From Minisyncoccota bacterium (GTDB lineage Bacteria; Patescibacteriota; Minisyncoccia; Phycocordibacterales; UBA9973): 57,719 bases of DNA. This document shows positions 8,978-17,079 of this stretch, piece by piece (position 1 is the first letter of the stretch; each line of letters begins with the position of its first letter). Position numbers and translations under genes: made by a program. Below the pieces are notes generated by a model that saw only the letters and a program-made list of their open reading frames with translations, made no database searches and was not told the DNA's origin. The DNA is taken from contig JBAZYS010000005.1 of NCBI GenBank assembly GCA_041659205.1, forward strand, positions 1 to 57,719, written 5' to 3'.

Positions 8978-10573
8978 ATGATCAATGATCAGTTGGTGGG
9001 TTATATAAGGCAGCAATTATCACTAAAAGTTTCAAGAGAAGAAATTACCACTAACTTAAAATCAACTGGCTGGAATGATGCAGACGTGGCTGAGGCTTTT
9101 TCTGCTATCGGCTTAGTCTCTGTACCCGCATCTATGTCTACTCCTCCAGTTGTTTCTTTAGGAGCATCAGGTTTTGTTCCACCTCAAAGTGAGTTTTCAA
9201 ATAAAGTTGAAAATATAGCAGAACAAACACACAATAATCTTCCTTCAAGTCCAGTTTCAAAAAGCAAAAAAATATTTTATATAATTCTTGTGTTTATTTT
9301 CTTTGGTCTTGCTGGAGGTGGGGTATATGCATATTTTGCAGGATTCTTTGTATCACTTCCAAGTCTTACTTCTCAAGCGATAGATAGCGCTCGTATTGCT
9401 ACAAGTGCGACTTATGACATTACTGCAAGTTTTGATTTTTCTGAGGTTAAGGATACTCTAAGTGGGGTCAGTAGTTTCGGTAGTTTGTTTTCTGGAGTGT
9501 CTGACAACAAAGCTAATTTTACAACAAAAGGAAATTATGATAATTCAGATGGGAAAAATATTAAAAGTTCAACAGTAGTTTCTTTTGATTTAGGTAAATT
9601 ATCACTTGCGGCTGAAATAAGATTTGTGAATGACATTTTATATGGAACACTAACAAAAGTTCCCGTTATTCCGTTTATGCCTATTGATTTAAGTAAATTA
9701 GAAAATAAATGGGTTTCTTTTCCTTTTAAATCAGAAGATGGGAAAGATATAAGTAATCCAATATCGTCCCTATCACCAGTTGATCCAACTATTGTAGATG
9801 AATTAACTCCAGATCAAAAGGAAAATATCTATAAAATGTTTAGAAATGCGCATTTTATTAAAGCAATAAAAAAACTTCCACCGGAAACAGTTGGCGGAGA
9901 GCTTTCTTATCATTTTATCTTCGACTTCGATCGAGAGGGGATAACTGCATATTTAGAAACATTAAAATCATACGTTAATACCATTGGCAAAGATAATTCT
10001 AAACTATCTTCTTTTGACCCTACGTCATTTAATAAAAGTTTAGACAATCTTCATGATTTTAAGGGAGAAATATGGATTGGTCATAGTGATAAATTACTTC
10101 ATAAATTAATGTTAAATTTTTCTATGAAAGTAGATCCAGCGAAGGATGAATATGTTAAAGTAGCATTAGTTGGGATATTTAGTAATTGGAATAAACCTGT
10201 AAATATCGTTGCTCCTGCTGAAAGTATTTCTTTTGAAGAATTTTTTTCTCAAATGATGTCTAGCTCTCCAGTAAGAGCTCAAGAAAATGGTGCATCAATA
10301 AAAGCTAATTTATCAATGATGCGGGCGCAAGCGGAAATCTTTTATGATGGACACAATAATTCATATTTGGGTTTTTGTTCGTCGAAAGAATTAAAGGAGG
10401 CTCGAAAAAGTATAGAAAGTACAGGGGGGACAGGTTTTGTTTGTAAAGACAAGGCTACTGCTTGGGCAGGTGGTGCAAAACTTCCTGATAATCTAGGAAA
10501 TTGGTGTGTGGATTCATTAGGAGCTATTAAATCAACAGCAAACCTTCCTTCAGGCACAGTTTGTTCAAAATAA
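8978..10573 (+). CDS. Membrane-anchored hypothetical protein with a C-terminal CPR pilin-like domain
   Basis: TM at about aa 100-123; C-terminal IKANLSMMRAQAEIFYD...WCVDSLG with four Cys. Confidence 0.7.
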   Translation: MINDQLVGYIRQQLSLKVSREEITTNLKSTGWNDADVAEAFSAIGLVSVPASMSTPPVVSLGASGFVPPQSEFSNKVENIAEQTHNNLPSSPVSKSKKIFYIILVFIFFGLAGGGVYAYFAGFFVSLPSLTSQAIDSARIATSATYDITASFDFSEVKDTLSGVSSFGSLFSGVSDNKANFTTKGNYDNSDGKNIKSSTVVSFDLGKLSLAAEIRFVNDILYGTLTKVPVIPFMPIDLSKLENKWVSFPFKSEDGKDISNPISSLSPVDPTIVDELTPDQKENIYKMFRNAHFIKAIKKLPPETVGGELSYHFIFDFDREGITAYLETLKSYVNTIGKDNSKLSSFDPTSFNKSLDNLHDFKGEIWIGHSDKLLHKLMLNFSMKVDPAKDEYVKVALVGIFSNWNKPVNIVAPAESISFEEFFSQMMSSSPVRAQENGASIKANLSMMRAQAEIFYDGHNNSYLGFCSSKELKEARKSIESTGGTGFVCKDKATAWAGGAKLPDNLGNWCVDSLGAIKSTANLPSGTVCSK

Positions 10574-10597
10574 TTATACAATTTAGAAATAAAATTT

Positions 10598-11488
10598 ATG
10601 GCGACACTTTATACGGAGCAATCAAAAAATGTGACAAAAACTTGGCTATTAATGTCAGTATTTTTGGTGGTAGTCATTGGTTTCGGTTGGTTCTTTAGTT
10701 TTTATTACAGTAATCCAAATATTCTTTATTTCTTTGTTGCTTTTAGTATTTTGATGAATTTCTTTTCCTATTATTTTTCAGATAAGATTGTCCTTACTTT
10801 GGCAGGGGCGAAAGAAGCAAAAAGGGATGAGAATTTCGTTTTATACACAACCGTTGAAAATCTATCAATTACTGCAGGGCTTCCAATGCCAAAGATTTAC
10901 ATAGTTACTGACGCTGCACCGAATGCTTTTGCGACAGGAAGAAACAAAGAACACGCTGTCGTCGCGGTGACGACAGGTTTGCTCGCTATTCTAGAAAAGC
11001 CAGAATTAGAAGGGGTAATTGCGCATGAACTTTCTCATGTAGGAAATAAAGATATGTTGCTTTCGACTGTTGTCGTAGTGCTTGTAGGTTTCGTCACTAT
11101 CGTGGCAGATGTTTTCAGGAGAAATTTATTTTTCAGCAGAGGCAGAGATGATAATGATAAAGGCGGCATTTTTATGATTATCGGAATTATTTTATCCATT
11201 CTGGCGCCACTTTTTGCTGTTTTGATTCAACTCGCTATCTCTAGAAAAAGAGAGTTTTTAGCAGATGCATCAGGGGCACTCCTTACAAGATATCCTGATG
11301 GGCTTGCGAATGCACTTCGTAAAATCTCTCTGCAGAATCAACCAATGACTCGTCAGTCTAGTGCGATTGCTCATCTATATATAGCTGACCCGAAGGGCTC
11401 CAAAATTTCTAAAATTGGGCAAAAAGTGACTTCAATCTTTGCAACTCATCCACCCGTGGAAGAAAGAATAAAAGCTCTTGTGGGCTAA
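10598..11488 (+). CDS. htpX: Membrane zinc protease HtpX (M48)
   Basis: PNAFATG, HELSH, SRKREFLAD, THPPVEERI motifs. Confidence 0.95.
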   Translation: MATLYTEQSKNVTKTWLLMSVFLVVVIGFGWFFSFYYSNPNILYFFVAFSILMNFFSYYFSDKIVLTLAGAKEAKRDENFVLYTTVENLSITAGLPMPKIYIVTDAAPNAFATGRNKEHAVVAVTTGLLAILEKPELEGVIAHELSHVGNKDMLLSTVVVVLVGFVTIVADVFRRNLFFSRGRDDNDKGGIFMIIGIILSILAPLFAVLIQLAISRKREFLADASGALLTRYPDGLANALRKISLQNQPMTRQSSAIAHLYIADPKGSKISKIGQKVTSIFATHPPVEERIKALVG

Positions 11489-11598
11489 ATATTTTCTGCA
11501 TATAATTTAAGGGTACAGACCTTTTGAAGCTTAAAAGGTCCTGAAGTTTTCGCGCCGTCGCGCTCAAAACCCCCTTAAATCATATACAGAGAATATTT
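11487..11598. repeat. 112-bp element: 27-bp inverted repeats enclosing two hairpins
   Basis: Arms 11487-11513 and 11572-11598 match at 24/27. Confidence 0.75.
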
Positions 11599-11623
11599 AT
11601 TTTATTTTTGCTATAATCATTTT

Positions 11624-11914
11624 ATGGATATAAAAGACGTTGAAAAGTTGGCAGAACTCGCAAAAATAGAGCTTTCAGACAATGAAAAGGCCTCCGTCCT
11701 TAAAGACATGGAAGGTATTTTGGATTATGTGAAAATAGTGGAAAAGGTAGAAGTACCTGACGTAGAGCCTGAATATAATCTAAAAAATATCTGGCGGGAA
11801 GATGCCCTTGTGGATGAGAACTCGCCAGGGGCGAGCAGGTTTTCCAAAGAAATTATAAAAGAACAATTTCCAGATGCGCAGGATGGATTTTTAAAAGTGA
11901 AAAAGATATTGTAG
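11624..11914 (+). CDS. gatC: Asp/Glu-tRNA amidotransferase subunit C
   Basis: DVEKLAELAKIEL start, REDA, LKVKKIL end; directly upstream of gatA. Confidence 0.9.
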   Translation: MDIKDVEKLAELAKIELSDNEKASVLKDMEGILDYVKIVEKVEVPDVEPEYNLKNIWREDALVDENSPGASRFSKEIIKEQFPDAQDGFLKVKKIL

Positions 11915-11930
11915 TTCGGCAAGCTCACTA
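11912..11930. repeat. Short palindromic repeat TAGTTCGGCAAGCTCACTA (same family as 4403-4422)
   Basis: TAGT/ACTA arms around a TCGGC...GCTC core; includes the gatC stop. Confidence 0.6.
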
Positions 11931-11940
11931 TAAATAATTT

Positions 11941-13341
11941 ATGATTGATATTAAAGATTTAACAATTGAAAAGGCACATAAGATGATGAAAGCTGGAGAA
12001 TTAACTTCAGTTGATTTAGTTGAAGCATGCCTGAAAAATATAAAAGAGAAAAACGAGGAATTAAATATTTTTCTCGAAGTTTTCGATGATGCCATCCTTC
12101 AAGCGAAAGCCGCTGATGAAATAATAAAATCTGGAAAGGGGACAACCCTAACTGGAATACCAATTGCCATTAAAGACAATATGTTGATAACTGGAAAGAA
12201 AACAAGTTCAGCATCAAAGATGTTAGAAAATTATGTTGCGAGCTACGATGCTTTTGCCATTAAAAAATTAAAGGACGCTGGGGCAGTTTTGATTGGCCGA
12301 ACTAATATGGATGAATTTGCGATGGGTTCCTCGACTGAGAACTCTGCTTATGGGCCAGTTAAAAACCCAATAGATTCATCTCGGGTGCCTGGAGGCTCTT
12401 CTGGGGGTTCTGCGGCTGCTGTCACTGCGCTGATGGCCCTCGGTGCATTAGGATCTGATACAGGCGGCTCTATACGCCAACCAGCATCTTTTTGTGGTTT
12501 AGTGGGAATGAAGCCGACCTATGGAGCAGTTTCAAGGTCTGGCCTCGTTGCGATGTCTTCATCTTTAGACGTTATTGGCCCTTTTGCTAAAACATCAGAA
12601 GATGCAAAAATAATCTTTGACTGTATTGCTGGAAAAGATGAGATGGATTCCACTTCTATAAACCTTCCTGATATTAAAATAAATCCAAATAAAAAAATTA
12701 TTGGTGTCCCTCGAGATTTTTTGAAAGAAGGTGTTGATGCTGAAATTTTACAAAATTTTGAAGAGAGTATAGAAAAATTAAAAAAATCAGGGTACGAGAT
12801 TAAAGATATTTCATTACCATTTTCGAAATATTCTCTAGCCGTTTATTATATTATTATGCCTGCAGAAGTTTCTACAAATTTATCTCGTTTGGATGGTGTT
12901 CGTTATGGACTTCGAAAAGAAGGGGAGAATGTAGCGGAGACCTATAAGAAAAGTAGATCAAATGGTTTTGGTATTGAAACAAGAAGAAGAATAATTTTAG
13001 GAACTTATGTCCTTTCTCATGGTTATTATGATGCCTATTACAATAAAGCTTGGAAAGTTCGTCGGGCGATCATGAAAGAGTACAATGATATTTTTAAAGA
13101 TGTTGATTTCGTAATGACTCCTACTACACCGACGACAGCCTTTAAATTTGGAGAGAAAAAAGATCCTTTGCAAATGTATTTATCTGATATTTTTACTGTT
13201 TCAGCGAATTTGGCAGGATTGCCGGCAATTTCTATTCCATCTGGTAAATCCTCATCTCTTTTGCCGATGGGTATTCAATTTATCGGGCCACTGTATTCTG
13301 ATGAAGCTCTATTTGCTATAGAAAAATATTTAAGAGAGTAA
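11941..13341 (+). CDS. gatA: Glutamyl-tRNA amidotransferase subunit A
   Basis: Amidase signature PGGSSGGSAAAV, GSDTGGSIRQPA, MYLSDIFTV. Confidence 0.96.
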   Translation: MIDIKDLTIEKAHKMMKAGELTSVDLVEACLKNIKEKNEELNIFLEVFDDAILQAKAADEIIKSGKGTTLTGIPIAIKDNMLITGKKTSSASKMLENYVASYDAFAIKKLKDAGAVLIGRTNMDEFAMGSSTENSAYGPVKNPIDSSRVPGGSSGGSAAAVTALMALGALGSDTGGSIRQPASFCGLVGMKPTYGAVSRSGLVAMSSSLDVIGPFAKTSEDAKIIFDCIAGKDEMDSTSINLPDIKINPNKKIIGVPRDFLKEGVDAEILQNFEESIEKLKKSGYEIKDISLPFSKYSLAVYYIIMPAEVSTNLSRLDGVRYGLRKEGENVAETYKKSRSNGFGIETRRRIILGTYVLSHGYYDAYYNKAWKVRRAIMKEYNDIFKDVDFVMTPTTPTTAFKFGEKKDPLQMYLSDIFTVSANLAGLPAISIPSGKSSSLLPMGIQFIGPLYSDEALFAIEKYLRE

Positions 13342-13365
13342 TTAATTGTGATATAATTTAACCAT

Positions 13366-14013
13366 ATGGAAACAATTCCTAATCCGAGCGTGCAAGGTAC
13401 TATTTTCGGTGATACCTTTCTTAATGCAAAATATTTTAATCCAGCATACTGGTTTGATAAAGAAGCTGTCTATTTTAAAAAATTTACTGCTTTCGTTACT
13501 AGTGATGAGGTTACAAATCTTGAAAGAACCATTATTATTTTTTTTGCGATGTTTTTTTTGACGATAATTTGCTATACCATCATTCGAATGTTTGAGATTA
13601 GAGCGAAAGAACACAAGCATGTGCACCATGAAATACATGAATATGCACATAATAAAATGGAACAGGAAAAGAGATTACGGGAACAAGTCGGTGGTTCTAA
13701 AAATGAACATTGGAGTAAGGTTTTAAGTTACATTTTTTCACAACACGGAAGTGATTGGAAGCTCGCAATTATCGAAGCGGATTCTATGCTTGAAACTTTG
13801 ATGGATCAGCTTGGTTATCGAGGTGAAAATTTAGGAGAAAAATTAAAAATGGCAAATCAGGAAAATTTCCCAAATCTTACTACTGCTTGGGAGGTTCACA
13901 CTATCAGAAATAGGATAGCCCACGAAGGTCTGGCTTTTGAGCTTTCACAACACGAAGCCAAAAGAGTTATCGCTTTGTACGAGCAGATTTTCCATGATTA
14001 TGGCTTTATTTAA
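13366..14013 (+). CDS. Conserved hypothetical membrane protein
   Basis: One TM; WKLAIIEADSML...HTIRNRIAH region. Confidence 0.75.
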   Translation: METIPNPSVQGTIFGDTFLNAKYFNPAYWFDKEAVYFKKFTAFVTSDEVTNLERTIIIFFAMFFLTIICYTIIRMFEIRAKEHKHVHHEIHEYAHNKMEQEKRLREQVGGSKNEHWSKVLSYIFSQHGSDWKLAIIEADSMLETLMDQLGYRGENLGEKLKMANQENFPNLTTAWEVHTIRNRIAHEGLAFELSQHEAKRVIALYEQIFHDYGFI

Positions 14014-14100
14014 CTGATTATAAGTTTTTAGTTTACTTTTTTCATAATTTAGGGTAAAATAAGAAGTGCCTTAAAGAGGCGTTTTTTATTGGATTTTTGC

Positions 14101-14129
14101 ATAGCGGGGTAGACCCGCCAAAGGACGGG
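14101..14129 (+). repeat. Duplicated 5' end of tRNA-fMet followed by a GC hairpin
   Basis: ATAGCGGGGTAGA identical at 14101-14113 and 14164-14176, then CCCGCC-AAA-GGACGGG. Confidence 0.75.
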
Positions 14130-14165
14130 CAGGGAATAGGTATCTTAGATTGTTTGTTAAAATAT

Positions 14166-14236
14166 AGCGGGGTAGAGAAGAGGTATCTCGTAAGGCTCAT
14201 AACCTTAAGACTCACGTTCGATTCGTGACCCCGCAA
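14166..14236 (+). tRNA. tRNA-fMet (CAT), initiator type; CCA not encoded
   Basis: Cloverleaf; 1x72 mismatch (A-A), A11:U24, anticodon loop CTCATAA. Confidence 0.88.
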
Positions 14237-14282
14237 CTAGTCGGCAAGTGACATGCCTTATGTCTAATTGTCGAAGATAATG

Positions 14283-14311
14283 TATAATGTCGGCGTAGCT
14301 GTTTTGGTAGA
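14283..14311 (+). repeat. Duplicated 5' fragment of tRNA-Met with CAG-to-GTT change
   Basis: TATAATGTCGGCGTAGCT-GTT-TTGGTAGA versus TATAATGTCGGCGTAGCT-CAG-TTGGTAGA at 14335-14363. Confidence 0.85.
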
Positions 14312-14340
14312 TAACGGTTAAGGTACAACTTTGTTATAAT

Positions 14341-14413
14341 GTCGGCGTAGCTCAGTTGGTAGAGCGGAGGACTCATAAGCCTCAGGTCACAGGTTCAATC
14401 CCTGTCGCCGACA
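14341..14413 (+). tRNA. tRNA-Met elongator or tRNA-Ile2 (CAT)
   Basis: Cloverleaf GTCGGCG/CGCCGAC, anticodon CAT, T-loop TTCAATC; A31-G39 mismatch. Confidence 0.88.
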
Positions 14414-14434
14414 CCCTCAGAAAGAGGAAAATTT

Positions 14435-14506
14435 GCGGCTGTAGCTCAACGGTAGAGCACCCGCCTGTCACGTGGGAGGCCGTGGGGTCAGCACCCATCA
14501 GCCGCG
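14435..14506 (+). tRNA. tRNA-Asp (GTC)
   Basis: GCGGCTG/CAGCCGC acceptor, anticodon loop CTGTCAC, discriminator G; atypical T-loop GTCAGCA. Confidence 0.88.
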
Positions 14507-14676
14507 CAAATATAAAGAACGTCCGCAAGGACGTTTTTTGTTACGTGGCTGAGGAAGTGCGGGGCACTTCTGTATGGGTGCTGACGAGCTTTTGAGATAG
14601 ATTTTGAGCCTGCGAAAAAATATATCCAAAAGGTGTACTGTTCATGTAATGAAAAGCACCCATCAGCCGCGCAAAT
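14490..14676. mobile_element. Mini insert flanked by a 22-bp direct repeat of the tRNA-Asp 3' end (att-like scar)
   Basis: AGCACCCATCAGCCGCGCAAAT at 14490-14511 and 14655-14676; 143-bp hairpin-rich spacer with no ORF. Confidence 0.65.
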
Positions 14677-14717
14677 TAAAAAGAACCATAAAGATGTGGT
14701 TCTTTTTTATTTCTTTA

Positions 14718-14747
14718 TTGACTAAATCGTATGAAATGTGGTAATTT
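14718..14747 (+). promoter_or_regulatory. Sigma70-type promoter of the second GC-rich cassette
   Basis: TTGACT-18 bp-TAATTT with extended -10 TG. Confidence 0.5.
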
Positions 14748-14926
14748 AATAGAAATCCCCAAACTCCTAACGGAGTGATGTTCTTTCTCATACGAGGCAG
14801 GTGCCTCCAAGTATATAGTTGTCTATAGGCAATTCCCACAGAAGGTGTGGGCGTTGTGTCCACATTTTCTCCTTTTCAATTGTCCTCCACGCTGAGGACC
14901 GTCGGCTAAAAGCCGAGGAGTATGTA

Positions 14927-15451
14927 ATGAAGAGAATCGTTCTTGAGCCTGCAGTAAGAAAACTTCTGCACGGCGTCAGCCACATGGAAGCAAGGGGAAT
15001 CACTGAAAACGTGGTCGTCTCAATCCAGGACGGAGCCAGTTTGGGGTTTCCTGTCGATGTCTCTGTCGACCTGCTTCTTTCCGTCACTCCTTTCCGAGAG
15101 AAGGGGTGGAGGTTTCTACGGGAATCGATCATTCCCGACGATTTCAATCTCACGTTCCGTGAGTTGGTCTACGTCGTGATGAATCCGTTCCAGTTTCTCC
15201 CAGACAGCCCCGATGGCTGTTTGCTGGCAGTCAAGAATTTTCTCAATGGGACTGCGCACGTGATTATCGTGCGGGCCCCGAAAGAATTCAACCCCGGGCA
15301 GCGCTTCCTTTTGGTGCAGTCCAAAGACCACGCGGACCTCTCAATTGAGGAGCTGGAAGAAAGCCAGCATCCTCTTGATGCCACGTTTCAAATCGAGGAG
15401 CTGGAAGAAATCCAGCATTCTCTCGAGGTCGATCTAGCTACAGCGATGTAG
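14927..15451 (+). CDS. Hypothetical protein, 174 aa (start MKRIVLE), GC-rich
   Basis: GAGGAG SD before ATG 14927; internal repeat IEELEESQH/IEELEEIQH. Confidence 0.65.
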   Translation: MKRIVLEPAVRKLLHGVSHMEARGITENVVVSIQDGASLGFPVDVSVDLLLSVTPFREKGWRFLRESIIPDDFNLTFRELVYVVMNPFQFLPDSPDGCLLAVKNFLNGTAHVIIVRAPKEFNPGQRFLLVQSKDHADLSIEELEESQHPLDATFQIEELEEIQHSLEVDLATAM

Positions 15452-15470
15452 CATTTCGCCCCCATCCACG

Positions 15471-15519
15471 ACCCCGGTCGCATGCAATTCGTTTTGCACG
15501 TGTCCGGGGTTATTTTTTT
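15471..15519 (+). terminator. Intrinsic terminator
   Basis: ACCCCGG/CCGGGGT stem with inner TGCAA/TTGCA, then a T-tract. Confidence 0.7.
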
Positions 15520-15573
15520 GTTGACAAAGTGTCAATCTGACGTAGTATTGAATGTAAGGATAATTTTGAATAT

Positions 15574-17019
15574 ATGATGAATAAAATACTTTTTAAGAGA
15601 AGTTTAATTTTTTTAAGAGTTTTGTTACTTCTAGTTGGTATTTTTTTTAGTAATACTGCTTTTGCAATAGATAAGCTTGATCAAACTATAACTTTTCCTG
15701 CACTAGCTGGAAAAATTTATAGTGATGCTGATTTTGAAATAAGTGCTACTGCAGAGTCTAACCTACCTGTTTCTTTTACATCGATAACCCTTGAGATATG
15801 CACATTAAATGGCGTTACGGTGCACATCATTTCTTCAGGTTCTTGCACCATTACTGCTTCGCAAGCTGGAGATGATATTTATAATCCTGCTCCAAGTTTA
15901 AATCAAACTGCTTATATTGATAAAGCAGTAATTAATATTACGGCTGATACAAAAAGCAAAGTTGTTGGAAGTGTGGACCCAGTATTAACATATACTAATG
16001 ACCCTTTGGTGACGGGAGATGAATTTTCTGGTGTTCTTTCTCGCGAGATTGGGGAAGATATCGGGGCATATTCTATTACACAAGGAACGCTTGCACTAAA
16101 TAATAATTACACAATAAATTTTACGGGGGCAGATTTTATAATAAATTATACTCCTCCAATAATTGCTTCTCATGACGACATAATTGCTCCAGCCACTCAA
16201 CGTACATCAATCTCTAGTTTTTGGGCTGTTGTAGATTATATTGCTCCAGATACTACTTCTGACATAGATGGAATAACACCAGCAATTTGTACACCGGAAA
16301 CTCATTCTAAGTTTCATTCTGGTATAAATATTATCACCTGTGAAAAGACAGATTCATCGGGTAATAGTGCTGTACCTACTACTTTTAAAATCACGGTGGT
16401 AGATACACCACCTGTGATTACTCTTTTAGGTGCTTCAACAATTAATCTAACTGTGGGGAGTGTTTACTCTGATGAAGGGGCTACTGCTCTAGATTATTTT
16501 GATGGTGACATAACAGAATCTATTTCAACTTCTAATCATGTAGATACAAATGTAATTGGGACTTATTTAGTTACTTATGATGTAATGGATATTAATGGTA
16601 ATGCTGCTACTCAAGTCGTGAGAACTGTGAACGTTACCCCTATTACAGTTTATGGTGGTGGCAGTTTGCCAATTTACATTACACCGCCACCAATTTCAGA
16701 ACCAATACCAACACCAACACCAGTTGCCGAAATATTGAGTACCCCAATAGAGAATCCCACTGGAGAAGTTCTTGGAGTTGAGAAATTTATCTTTACACTT
16801 TATTTAAAAAAGGGTCCACCTTATAATGTCAGGATTCAAGGTAATGAAGTAATGGAACTTCAGAAGTTTCTAAATTTATCTCCGTACGATAGCGGGCTTG
16901 TAGTGGATGGAAAATTTGGGCCATTAACAGAAGCAGCTGTTATAAAATTTCAGCTTGCAAATGATTTAATAGGGGATGGAATTGTTGGAGCTTCTACCCG
17001 AGCTGTTCTAAACAAATAA
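15574..17019 (+). CDS. Secreted multi-Ig surface protein (Ig-like, MBG, HYR-like, DUF5011) with C-terminal peptidoglycan-binding domain
   Basis: Signal peptide; DQTITF, ADTKSKVVG, TPPVITLLG...YSDEGATA and LQKFL...DGKFGPLTEAAV motifs. Confidence 0.82.
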   Translation: MMNKILFKRSLIFLRVLLLLVGIFFSNTAFAIDKLDQTITFPALAGKIYSDADFEISATAESNLPVSFTSITLEICTLNGVTVHIISSGSCTITASQAGDDIYNPAPSLNQTAYIDKAVINITADTKSKVVGSVDPVLTYTNDPLVTGDEFSGVLSREIGEDIGAYSITQGTLALNNNYTINFTGADFIINYTPPIIASHDDIIAPATQRTSISSFWAVVDYIAPDTTSDIDGITPAICTPETHSKFHSGINIITCEKTDSSGNSAVPTTFKITVVDTPPVITLLGASTINLTVGSVYSDEGATALDYFDGDITESISTSNHVDTNVIGTYLVTYDVMDINGNAATQVVRTVNVTPITVYGGGSLPIYITPPPISEPIPTPTPVAEILSTPIENPTGEVLGVEKFIFTLYLKKGPPYNVRIQGNEVMELQKFLNLSPYDSGLVVDGKFGPLTEAAVIKFQLANDLIGDGIVGASTRAVLNK

Positions 17020-17031
17020 TATTTACTTCTC

Positions 17032-17063
17032 ACAAAACCTCTTCTTTACAGAAGAGGTTTTGT
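17032..17063 (+). terminator. Intrinsic terminator
   Basis: Perfect 14-bp stem ACAAAACCTCTTCT/AGAAGAGGTTTTGT. Confidence 0.75.
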
Positions 17064-17079
17064 TTGTTATAATAGTTGC

